A DNA stretch of 54,425 nt, taken from NCBI GenBank assembly GCA_035063585.1, contig JAPSGB010000031.1, forward strand, positions 1-54,425, written 5' to 3'. Source of the stretch: Polyangiaceae bacterium. GTDB lineage: Bacteria; Myxococcota_A; Polyangia; Polyangiales; Polyangiaceae. Made by a program: the position numbers and the translations under genes. Each line of letters opens with the position of its first letter. The stretch's first letter is position 1. Below, piece after piece: positions 29,996 to 38,694 of this stretch. The notes beneath the pieces were generated by a model. That model was not told where the DNA came from. It saw nothing but the letters and a program-made list of their open reading frames with translations, and did no database searches.

Positions 29996-32035
29996 ATGCT
30001 CGTCGTGGAAAAGGCCTCACCGCCGCCGGCCGCGGGAGCCGCCGTGCTCTTCGGGCCCTTCGTGCTCGAGCGTCGGGTGGCCGTCGGCGGAAGCGCGGAG
30101 GTGTTCATCGCTCGCCCCAAGCTGGGCGAGCGCCCGGCGCGTCAGTTCGTCGTCAAGCGCCTGCTCCCCTCGTATCGCGACTCGGGCGAGCTCGATCTCC
30201 TGGAGCGCGAAGCCGAGCTGCACCGCGCGGTGGCTCACGAAAACGTGGTCACCGTCTATGGCGCTGGGATGGTCGGGGAAGAGCCGTACCTGGCGATGGA
30301 GTACGTCGAGGGGCTCGACCTCCACCGACTGCTCCGGCGCGCGGAGGCCGAGGCGCGCGCGCTGCCGGTCGGCCTGGCGGTCTTCATCGCGCGCCGAGTG
30401 CTCGCTGCGCTCGGCGCGGTCCACCGCGCGCGCGACCCGGAGGGGAACCCGCTCCACATCGTGCACCGCGACGTGACGCCGTCGAACGTCTATCTGTCCA
30501 TCGACGGCGCGGTGAAGCTCGGCGACTTCGGCATCGCGCGCGCGCGGAAGGGTCCGGTTCGTGGCGCCGCCGCGCCGTCGGCCGGGCTGAAGGGGAAGTT
30601 CGGCTACCTCGCGCCCGAGCAGATCGCCAGCGAGCCGTTCGATCACCGCGCGGATCTCTTCTCGCTCGCCGCCGTCCTCGGCGAGCTCGTGATCGGCAAG
30701 CGGGTCTTCCCGGGCGAAGGGCAGCTCGCGGTGCTGCTGGCGATCCGCGACGTGAACATCGACCCGCTCCGCGCCGCTGCCCCGAGGCTCCCGCCCGGCC
30801 TCTTCGGCGTGCTCGAGCGGGCGCTCGCGCGCGACCCCGCGAGCCGATTCGACGACGCCGAGGCGTTCGCGCGCGCCCTCGAGCCCTTCGAGCAGCCGTC
30901 CGCGAGCGAGCTCGGGCGCACGCTCGCCGAGTGGGTGAGCTGGGCGCGAGACTCGAGCGCGCTCGAAGGGCGGCTGCGCGATTCGGTGCAGCGACTGAGG
31001 GCCGTTCGGAGCGCAGCCGCGCGACGAGCGGACGGCTCGAGTGCCCCGCCGAGCCGGGCCTCTGCGGGCGTCGCGATTCGCTGCAAGGACGGACGAAAGT
31101 ACCTCGCCGTGCCCCTGCCTCGGCTCATCGAGATGATCACGAGCGGCGACCTCGGAGCAGACGACGAGCTCTCCCTCACCGGAGGCGATTTCCAACCGCT
31201 CGGCTCGATGAGGGAGCTCTCGGAGTACCTGGTGCCCTCGAGCGCGATGACGACCAGTCGGCTCTTCGAGCCTGGCACTCCGGATTTTCGCGCCGCGCTC
31301 GGCGACACCGGGATGCTCGAGGTCCTCGCGCGAATGCGGGCGCGCGCCGAGAGCGGCGCGATGTTCATCGAGCGACGAGATCGGAGCGGCGTGCTCCGTC
31401 GAAAGGAGCTCTACGTCCGCGAAGGGCGGCTGCACCATGTCGCGTCGACCGATCCCGCCGAGCGGCTCGGGGAGTACCTCCTCCGGCGGGGGGCCATCGC
31501 TCGGGAGGAGCTCGAGCGCGCGCTCGCGACGCTCGAGGCGCACGGCGGCCGCCTGGGAGACACGCTCGTGGAGCTCGGCCTGGTGGACGCGGTGGAGGTC
31601 TTCCGGGCGATTCGCGACCAGGGGCGAGACCGCGTCGCAGCGCTGTGCGGCTGGACGCGAGGCAACGTCTCCTTTTATCGCACGCCGCACTCGCCGCACG
31701 TCGAGTTCCCACTCGACCTCGATCTCGCGAGCCCGATGATGGCCGGCGTGTTCGTGCTCGGGAAGGGAGATCCGTGCGCGATGCTCCCCGCCGACTCGAC
31801 GCGGCTCCGCCCCGGAGCGCGCGCGGCGGCCGCGCGCGAACGCGTCGAGCGCGGCACGTCCCCGATCTCGCTCCAGCTGGTCGCCACCCTGCTCGGCGAG
31901 TCGATGACCGTGGCCGAGGCGCTCGAGCAGCTGGTGACGCCGCGCGCCGAGGCGCCCGGGCGACCGATCGGCCGGAAGGAGGCCGGCGCGGCCCTGGTGA
32001 CCGCGCGCGCGCTCGGCTGGGTCGCGTTCGACTGA
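29996..32035 (+). CDS. Ser/Thr protein kinase with GYF-like and DUF4388/MshEN-like C-terminal modules
   Basis: Intact VVKRL, HRDVTPSNV, KLGDFGIA and GKFGYLAPEQ; no TM; C-terminal RLGEYL...RLGDTL repeats. Confidence 0.9.
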   Translation: MLVVEKASPPPAAGAAVLFGPFVLERRVAVGGSAEVFIARPKLGERPARQFVVKRLLPSYRDSGELDLLEREAELHRAVAHENVVTVYGAGMVGEEPYLAMEYVEGLDLHRLLRRAEAEARALPVGLAVFIARRVLAALGAVHRARDPEGNPLHIVHRDVTPSNVYLSIDGAVKLGDFGIARARKGPVRGAAAPSAGLKGKFGYLAPEQIASEPFDHRADLFSLAAVLGELVIGKRVFPGEGQLAVLLAIRDVNIDPLRAAAPRLPPGLFGVLERALARDPASRFDDAEAFARALEPFEQPSASELGRTLAEWVSWARDSSALEGRLRDSVQRLRAVRSAAARRADGSSAPPSRASAGVAIRCKDGRKYLAVPLPRLIEMITSGDLGADDELSLTGGDFQPLGSMRELSEYLVPSSAMTTSRLFEPGTPDFRAALGDTGMLEVLARMRARAESGAMFIERRDRSGVLRRKELYVREGRLHHVASTDPAERLGEYLLRRGAIAREELERALATLEAHGGRLGDTLVELGLVDAVEVFRAIRDQGRDRVAALCGWTRGNVSFYRTPHSPHVEFPLDLDLASPMMAGVFVLGKGDPCAMLPADSTRLRPGARAAAARERVERGTSPISLQLVATLLGESMTVAEALEQLVTPRAEAPGRPIGRKEAGAALVTARALGWVAFD

Positions 32036-32042
32036 GCGCGCC

Positions 32043-33512
32043 TCAAGGAGAGACCGGCGCGAACGGGAGTATGGTCTTGAGGTCGTCGTCGTTGAACTTG
32101 AGCTGGAGCCCGACGAAGTACTCGCGGCGCGACGGGCTCAGGATGTCGTCTACCCCTCCGAGGAGCCAGAAGCGGCTCACGAACTCGTAGCCGAGCGCGA
32201 CGCGCCAGCGCGGTAGCACCACCTCACCGAAGCCGAACAGATCCTGGCGGAGCTCGAAGCGGTCGTCGAACAAGCTGAGATCGAGGCCGACGCCTCCGGT
32301 GGACTCCTTGATCCCGAAGCGCCCCGTGAACGGCCCCATCACCTGGGCGAATTGCAGCGAAAAGCGGAACGCGTTGGTGGTGATGGTCCGCACCTCGCGG
32401 TAGTGCGGCGGGTCGTTCGGGTTGTTCGAATCGACGTCGATCTGCTCGAAGCGAGTGAGGCCGCGAGGATCGTTCACGATCTCGATCGAGTAGTATTTGT
32501 CCTCGCGCGGCTGGAGGCGAAGCTCGACGTAGCTCTTCACCGTGCTCGACAAGAACTGATAGTCAGTGCGAAGGAGAACGACCGTCTGCAGGCGATTCAT
32601 GCTGCCGACGAAATCGCCAACTCCCTCCGCGACGCCCTCCACCTCATCGATGAGCTTGTCGTCCTTGGTCAAGCGACCGATGGTGCCTTCGCCGCGGTTG
32701 ATGCGCGCGCTCACCTCGTCGAGGCTCGCGAGCGCGTGCTCCAGGCTCGCGCTCGCGCGGTTCACGCGCTCGATGATCTGACGTACCTCGCCCGGGCTCG
32801 AGCCATCACCCGCGCCGCCGCGCGCCATGAGCTCGTGGAGCTCCTTGGTGGTGTCACGCACGTTGGCGAGGATCTCGTTCACCTGCGGCTCGCCCTTGGT
32901 GGTGATCCGCTCGACGTTCGACAAGATGGTGTGGATGCTCTCGCGGTTCTCGCGCACGGTCTTGTTGAGCGCGTCGGTCACGTCGGCGAGATTCTGGAGC
33001 GTGTCCTTGAGGTTGCCTTCGCCGGTCTCGGAGCCGATGGAGCCCGCCAGGCTGGCGGTGACCTTCTTTACGTCCTTGGCGATCTCCGCCACCTGCTTCA
33101 TGAGATCGTCCGCGGTGGTCGCCTCGACCACGAATCGGATGCGATCACCGTCCACGAGCTGCCTCTTGCCCTCCGTGCCCGGCGAGATGCTGAGGAAGAA
33201 CTCGCCGAGCAGGCTCGAGCTCACCTTGGCGACGGCGGCGTCGTCGTAGAGCGGGACGTCCGGGCGCATCCGGATGTCGATGCGTGCTTTGCCGTTCTCG
33301 AGCCGGACGCTCTCGATCTCGCCGACCGGAATGCCCGCGATCTTCACCTGCGATCGTTTGGCGATCCCGGTCGCGTCGCCGACCAGCGCGTAGACGGCGT
33401 ACCCCTTGCCGCGCACCGCCGAGCGATCGACGAACCGATAAATGAGGATCCCGGCCACGACCATGATGATCGCGAAGAGCCCTACCTTCGCGGCTGTGGT
33501 GTAGCGGTTCAT
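32043..33512 (-). CDS. MlaD/MCE family protein with long helical region and beta-rich C-terminus
   Basis: AAKVGLF TM, DATGIAKRSQVKIAGIPVGEI, SSLLGEFFLSISPG and GEGTIGRL. Confidence 0.9.
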   Translation of the reverse strand: MNRYTTAAKVGLFAIIMVVAGILIYRFVDRSAVRGKGYAVYALVGDATGIAKRSQVKIAGIPVGEIESVRLENGKARIDIRMRPDVPLYDDAAVAKVSSSLLGEFFLSISPGTEGKRQLVDGDRIRFVVEATTADDLMKQVAEIAKDVKKVTASLAGSIGSETGEGNLKDTLQNLADVTDALNKTVRENRESIHTILSNVERITTKGEPQVNEILANVRDTTKELHELMARGGAGDGSSPGEVRQIIERVNRASASLEHALASLDEVSARINRGEGTIGRLTKDDKLIDEVEGVAEGVGDFVGSMNRLQTVVLLRTDYQFLSSTVKSYVELRLQPREDKYYSIEIVNDPRGLTRFEQIDVDSNNPNDPPHYREVRTITTNAFRFSLQFAQVMGPFTGRFGIKESTGGVGLDLSLFDDRFELRQDLFGFGEVVLPRWRVALGYEFVSRFWLLGGVDDILSPSRREYFVGLQLKFNDDDLKTILPFAPVSP

Positions 33513-33633
33513 GGACGAAGCGACGCGCTCACCCTATCAAGGGCGCGTGCGGCGGTCGACTACCGCGCGCACGGCGCGGGCGCGCCCTGGCTCGGCGGTT
33601 GCCCGCCCGCGGGGTTCGTGCTCTCCTGTCTTC

Positions 33634-34149
33634 ATGCTGGGATTTGGCTGGTTTTTCTCGATCTCACGCGGCTCGTGGAGCTGGCTGCCGACGCTGCTCC
33701 TCGCCCTCGGCGCGGCGGCCTGCAATCGGATCCCGGCGGAAGCCACCGCCCAGCATCAGAAGGTGGTCGCGGCGCTCTCGGCGAAGGACAAGGCCGCGGT
33801 CACCGCGCTGGTCGTGCCCGCCCAGCGGACCGGCCCGCTCGGAATCACCGGCTCCCTCGGTGGCGTAAGATCGGACAAGCCGGCCTCGCAGTTCACCCTC
33901 GACGACGTGCTCGACATCGAGTTCTTCAGCGACGCGAAGACGGTCGAGGTCAACGATGATCTCAAGACGAAGATGAGCGACGACACGATGTGGCTCGGCG
34001 CTACCTTCAGCTATGCCGACGACAGCTTCGGCGTGCGCTCGCTGGTCATGAAGCAAGTGGAAGGGCAGTGGCTCCTCGACATGAAGGCGACGATCGAGCG
34101 CTGGAGCGAGTCGGGCAATGGCTTCATGGTAATCAGCGTGAAGAAGTGA
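33634..34149 (+). CDS. Putative lipoprotein (NTF2-like hypothetical)
   Basis: Lipobox-like LGAAAC and MKQVEGQWLLD motif; start uncertain. Confidence 0.6.
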   Translation: MLGFGWFFSISRGSWSWLPTLLLALGAAACNRIPAEATAQHQKVVAALSAKDKAAVTALVVPAQRTGPLGITGSLGGVRSDKPASQFTLDDVLDIEFFSDAKTVEVNDDLKTKMSDDTMWLGATFSYADDSFGVRSLVMKQVEGQWLLDMKATIERWSESGNGFMVISVKK

Positions 34150-34168
34150 GGCTCGCGGCCGCGCACGC

Positions 34169-35446
34169 GTGAGCGGCCGCGCCGAGCTCCTCGAGATGGC
34201 CTGCGCGCGGCTCGCACTGCTCGGCGCCCTCGCGCTCGCCGCGTGTCAGGGGGGTGTCGGTCCGGCGCGGCGACCACCCGGCGCGCCGGCGCGGCCGGCG
34301 CCGAGCGACGAGGCCCCGGCCATGGCCGCTGCGGGCGGCGAGGACGCCGAGGAGCCCGGCGACGACGCCCGCTTCACGTGGCAGGACGCGACCCGCTCCC
34401 CGCGCACGGCCGCGCCGACCGGCCCGCTCGCCGCGCTCTGCCCGGCGACGGACGCGGCGCTCGTGGAGGTCGCCCGGGGGCTCGCGGAGCGGCAGGCGAC
34501 GCTCGGCGCCGCGCTGGACTCGGCCCGCGTGTCGTTCGCGCTCCGCGCCGCGGGCTCGCCGTACGTCTGGCCGCGCGTATGGAGCATCGAGGGCCCGGGG
34601 CTCGCGACGGCCGAGGTGCAGGAGCGCGCGCGCGCCTGGCTCGAGTCGTTTCGTGAAGGCGGCGCGCGCCGCTGCGGGTTCGCGCGGCTCACCGCCGCAG
34701 ATGGCCGCGTGGTCATGACCGGCGTGGCCGTCGACGCGCTCGCGGATCTCGACCCGCTGCCGACGCAGGTCCGCGTGGGCGGCTGGCTGACGGTGCGCGC
34801 TCGCCTGCTCGAGCCTGGTGACGGCGCGGAGGTGGTGGTGCTCGGCCCCACGGGCCGGCCCCACACCGTCACGAGCACGCTCGATGGTGACCAGGTGCGC
34901 GCCACGTTCTCGGCCGATCGCGCCGGCGAGTGGCTCGTCCAGGTCGTGGTCCGCGGCGCCACCGGCCCTCGTCCGGTCGCCGAGGCGCTGATCTACGCCG
35001 GCGAAGCGCCGCCCCAGACCTTCCACGCGCGCGCCGCTCCGGGCGAAGCGGCGGGCGCGGGCGCTGCCGACCTGCCGACCGCGCTCGCCGCCATGGTCGA
35101 CGCCGCGCGGCGCAGCGAGGGGCTCGCGGCGCTCCCGCGGGACCCGCGCCTCGACCGCTTGGCAGAGCGGCACGCGCGGGCGATGCGCGCCGCGCGGCGG
35201 CTCGGTCACGACCTCGGAGACGGCGACCCCGCCGCCCGAGCCGCGGCGGCGGGGCTCGCCCTGCGTCTGCTCGGCGAGAACGTCGCGCACGCGCGCTCGG
35301 TGCGGCGCGCCCACCGGGCGCTCTGGGCGAGCCCGTCGCATCGCGGGAACCTCCTCGAGCCTCGCTTCCGAGCCCTGGGCGTCGGCGTGGCGCGGGATCC
35401 CGACGGCAGCGTCTGGGTGTGCGAGCTGTTCGCGGTCCCCCGCTGA
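34169..35446 (+). CDS. CAP (SCP/PR-1) domain lipoprotein
   Basis: LALAAC; C-terminal AERHARAM, LGHD, GENVA, WASPSHRGNLL and LGVGVA. Confidence 0.88.
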   Translation: MSGRAELLEMACARLALLGALALAACQGGVGPARRPPGAPARPAPSDEAPAMAAAGGEDAEEPGDDARFTWQDATRSPRTAAPTGPLAALCPATDAALVEVARGLAERQATLGAALDSARVSFALRAAGSPYVWPRVWSIEGPGLATAEVQERARAWLESFREGGARRCGFARLTAADGRVVMTGVAVDALADLDPLPTQVRVGGWLTVRARLLEPGDGAEVVVLGPTGRPHTVTSTLDGDQVRATFSADRAGEWLVQVVVRGATGPRPVAEALIYAGEAPPQTFHARAAPGEAAGAGAADLPTALAAMVDAARRSEGLAALPRDPRLDRLAERHARAMRAARRLGHDLGDGDPAARAAAAGLALRLLGENVAHARSVRRAHRALWASPSHRGNLLEPRFRALGVGVARDPDGSVWVCELFAVPR

Positions 35447-35531
35447 CGGCGCGAGCGTGCATCATCATCGGCCGGCGCCCCGCGGGCGGTCGGGCTTTCA
35501 AAGCCGAGGCGGTCGGGGTAGCGTCCGCCCG

Positions 35532-37223
35532 ATGTCCACAGCGTCGCGCCTCATCGTCTCGGGAACCGTCATCGCCGCGGCGCTCAGCACCGCACTGCGG
35601 GCGGAGGCTCAGTCGAAGAAGTTCTATCTGGACCGCGCGCAGCTCTCCGGCGCGCCGGACGACGGCTTCATGGCCTGGCGCCCGACGATGTTCCCGCGCA
35701 CTCGTTTCTACGGCATGTGGGCGCTCGGGTACTCGCAGCGCCCGCTGCGCGCGGACACCGTGACCGACGACGCGAAGCTCGCCGATCGGATGGACGCGCC
35801 GATGCAGGCGCAGCTCATCACCTACCTGATGGTGGGCACCCAGATCGCCAACCGCCTCGGGCTCGACGTCTCGGTTCCCATCGCGCTCTATCAGGTCTTC
35901 GGCGACGACGTCCCGTCGGTCGGCAACGGCTCGAATCACGCCGCGGTAGCGCTCCACGACACGCGCCTCGCGCTCCGGCTTCGCCTGTTCGAGTCCGACA
36001 ACCGGAAATTCAGGCTCGGCCTCGGCGGTGCCGCGTTCTTCGCGAGCGGCCAAGAGACCGCGTACACCGGAGACGCGACCACCACCGGGCTCGTCTACGT
36101 CTCGAGCGAGTATGACTTCGGGAGCTTCCTCCTCACCGGGATGGTCGGGCCGCATTTCCGCCCGGACCTCAGCATCGGCGGCATCGATGGCGCGCTCTTC
36201 ATCGGTGACGAGCTCCGCTACGCCTTCGGCGCTTTCGTGCCGCTCAGGCAGAACAAGATCCGGCTCGGGGTCGAGCTCTGGGGCTCCGCCGGCCTCGGGG
36301 ACGTGAGCGGCACCTCGACCACCTTCGCCGCCAAGAACACCGATCTCGAGTGGCTGGCGCAGGCGCGCTTCGCGCTCGGCAAGACGCAGCAGACCTACGT
36401 CAACGCGGGCGCCGGTACGCGGCTCTCGACCGGCTACGGCGGCCCTGATTTTCGGGTGCTCGTGAGCCTCGGCTCGTACTTCACCATCGGGGACGGCGCG
36501 CCGCCCACGCGGGCGCCGGGCTTCCGCAACGTCCCCGACGTGTCCGATCACCCCGTCGACACCGACGGCGACGGCTACCCCGACGACATCGATCAGTGCC
36601 CGACCATCAAGGAAGACGGCAAGCCGCCGGATCCGACCGACGGGTGCCCGGTGCCGTCCGACCGGGACGGCGACGGCATCCCGGACAACATCGACAAGTG
36701 CCCCGACGAGCCGGAGGACTTCGACGGCGTCGAGGACAGCGATGGCTGCCCCGAAAAGGACGCCGACAACGACGGCATCCCCGACGAGAAGGACGCCTGC
36801 CCGACCGAGCCGGGTCCGGCGTCGAAGATCGCGGAGAAGAATGGCTGCCCCCAGCTCACCCGCGTCACCGAAGAGGGCGAGGTCGAGCTCCTCGAGCCGA
36901 TCCAGTTCGAGTTCGCAAAGTCCACCATCAAGCCGGTGAGCTACCCGATCCTCGACGAGGTGGTGACGCTCATGAAGTCGCGCCCCGAGATCCGCATCGG
37001 CGTCTACGGACACACCGACAACCGCGGCGCGCACGACCTCAACATGCGCCTCAGCACCGACCGCGCCGCCGCGGTCATGAAGTACCTCATCGGCCACGGG
37101 ATCGCGGCGAGCCGGCTCGAGTCGGCGGGCTTCGGCCCCGACAAGCCCATCGCCTCGAACGACACCGACGCGGGCCGCGCCAAGAACCGGCGCGTCGAAT
37201 TCAAGATCCTGAGCGGCGACTGA
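35532..37223 (+). CDS. OmpA family protein: beta-barrel, thrombospondin type-3 repeats, OmpA C-terminal domain
   Basis: DTDGDGYPDDIDQCP, DRDGDGIPDNIDKCP and DADNDGIPDEKDACP; GHTDNRG, LSTDRAAAV and NRRVEF. Start at ATG 35532. Confidence 0.92.
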   Translation: MSTASRLIVSGTVIAAALSTALRAEAQSKKFYLDRAQLSGAPDDGFMAWRPTMFPRTRFYGMWALGYSQRPLRADTVTDDAKLADRMDAPMQAQLITYLMVGTQIANRLGLDVSVPIALYQVFGDDVPSVGNGSNHAAVALHDTRLALRLRLFESDNRKFRLGLGGAAFFASGQETAYTGDATTTGLVYVSSEYDFGSFLLTGMVGPHFRPDLSIGGIDGALFIGDELRYAFGAFVPLRQNKIRLGVELWGSAGLGDVSGTSTTFAAKNTDLEWLAQARFALGKTQQTYVNAGAGTRLSTGYGGPDFRVLVSLGSYFTIGDGAPPTRAPGFRNVPDVSDHPVDTDGDGYPDDIDQCPTIKEDGKPPDPTDGCPVPSDRDGDGIPDNIDKCPDEPEDFDGVEDSDGCPEKDADNDGIPDEKDACPTEPGPASKIAEKNGCPQLTRVTEEGEVELLEPIQFEFAKSTIKPVSYPILDEVVTLMKSRPEIRIGVYGHTDNRGAHDLNMRLSTDRAAAVMKYLIGHGIAASRLESAGFGPDKPIASNDTDAGRAKNRRVEFKILSGD

Positions 37224-37230
37224 ACGGAGC

Positions 37231-37260
37231 GCGCGCCCGGGGTGCTCCCGCCGGGCGCGC
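37231..37260. terminator. Hairpin between convergent ompA-like gene and rpmG
   Basis: GCGCGCCCGG-N10-CCGGGCGCGC, perfect 10-bp stem, no U-tract. Confidence 0.5.
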
Positions 37261-37290
37261 CATCATCCCCCGAGCCGCGGGGCGGCGAGC

Positions 37291-37458
37291 CTACTTGCTG
37301 TGCGGAGGCATCTTCGCCTCCTTGAACACGACGTGTCGCCGTAGGACGGGATCGTACTTCTTCAGCTCGAGCTTGGCCGTCTGCGTGCGCTTGTTCTTCT
37401 TCGTGTAGTACGTGAAGCCGGTACCTTCCGAAGAGACGAGGCGGATGTTGTCGCGCAT
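37291..37458 (-). CDS. rpmG: 50S ribosomal protein L33 (Cys-free type)
   Basis: [47 protein letters not shown]. Confidence 0.97.
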   Translation of the reverse strand: MRDNIRLVSSEGTGFTYYTKKNKRTQTAKLELKKYDPVLRRHVVFKEAKMPPHSK

Positions 37459-37722
37459 GGGAGGCGAGCGATTACCATGGGGCGCGCCCTCGAGCAACGG
37501 GCCTCGGCTGACGGGCAGCGTCCGCTAGAGAAGGGCTGGCTTCGCCGGCGCGGCCGGCGCCGCGTCTCGACCGAACGGCGAACATCGGGGGCGCGGGCCA
37601 CGTGGCTACGGCCCCCTAGATTCCGCGCCGGGCCGACCCCTCCTCCAGATATTCCATCGGGTGCTTGACGAAGCTCGCGAAGCGTGGCTGACTCGCGGGC
37701 CCTTCGAGCCGGGGACAGAGCC

Positions 37723-37872
37723 ATGAAGCGTACTTTCCAGCCGCACAACACCAGCCGTCTCCGGACCCACGGGTTCCGCAAGCGCCTCAGCACCAAGGGT
37801 GGGCGCAAGGTGCTCGCCGCGCGCCGCCGCAAGGGCCGCTGGCGTCTCGCGGTGACCGCCTACGAGAAGTAG
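37723..37872 (+). CDS. rpmH: 50S ribosomal protein L34
   Basis: [39 protein letters not shown]. Confidence 0.98.
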   Translation: MKRTFQPHNTSRLRTHGFRKRLSTKGGRKVLAARRRKGRWRLAVTAYEK

Positions 37873-37881
37873 ATCGGGCGG

Positions 37882-38331
37882 GTGACGGGCGCCGCGCCGA
37901 CGGGGCGCTTCCCGCCCGCGCAGCGGGTCCGAAAACGACCGGAGTTCCAGCGAATTCAGGCGCTCGGGCGGCGGCTCAACACGCCCCGCTTCGTGCTGCT
38001 CGTCGCGGCGCGCGAGGACGAGCAGGGCGCGCGGCTCGGCGTCACGGCGTCGAGGAAAATCGGTGGCTCGGTGACGCGCACGCGCGCCAAGCGGCTGGTC
38101 CGCGAGGCGTTTCGCGCCACCCGGGAGCTCTGGGCGGCGGACGTGGATCTGGTGGTCATCGTGCGAAGATCGCTCGAGGGGCTCGCGCTCGCGGACGTGG
38201 TCGGCGAGTGGCAATCGTTCGCGAGCGAGCTCCGGCGGCGCACGCGCGAGGCGCGACGCGACCGCGAGCGGCGAGCGGCTGCGCTGGCGCAGCCCGGCGA
38301 GACGCCGCAGACTCGGCCCGGCGCCCGATGA
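37882..38331 (+). CDS. rnpA: Ribonuclease P protein component
   Basis: RVRKRPEF and [28 protein letters not shown]; follows rpmH. Confidence 0.95.
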   Translation: MTGAAPTGRFPPAQRVRKRPEFQRIQALGRRLNTPRFVLLVAAREDEQGARLGVTASRKIGGSVTRTRAKRLVREAFRATRELWAADVDLVVIVRRSLEGLALADVVGEWQSFASELRRRTREARRDRERRAAALAQPGETPQTRPGAR

Positions 38332-38657
38332 TCGCGAAGCTGCTCATCTTGGTCATCCGGCTCTACCAGCTCACGCTCTCGCCGCTCCTCGGGCCGGTCT
38401 GCCGCTTTCAGCCGTCCTGCTCGCGGTACGCGGTGAAATGTCTCGAATATCACGGCGCGATCCGTGGTAGCTGGCTCGCGTTCCGCCGTCTGATGCGCTG
38501 CCACCCGTTCCACCCTGGGGGCTACGATCCCCCTCCGCCGCCGCGAGGTGAGCGCGTGGGCTCCATCGCGCCCGCCGCCCTGCTAGAAGCGACCACGCAC
38601 GATCACCCGCACCCCGACGCGGCGAGCCCGCCCGGAGGCGCCCCACCCGAGGCGTGA
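38328..38657 (+). CDS. yidD: Membrane protein insertion efficiency factor
   Basis: [23 protein letters not shown] and [15 protein letters not shown] 38328 overlaps the rnpA stop. Confidence 0.96.
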   Translation: MIAKLLILVIRLYQLTLSPLLGPVCRFQPSCSRYAVKCLEYHGAIRGSWLAFRRLMRCHPFHPGGYDPPPPPRGERVGSIAPAALLEATTHDHPHPDAASPPGGAPPEA

Positions 38658-38694
38658 ACGCCTGAGAGCCTGACGAAGCTCCCGAGAGACGAGA

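Noticed and set aside
37459..37722. oriC upstream of rpmH
   Set aside because: No DnaA boxes, no AT-rich unwinding element and no dnaA.
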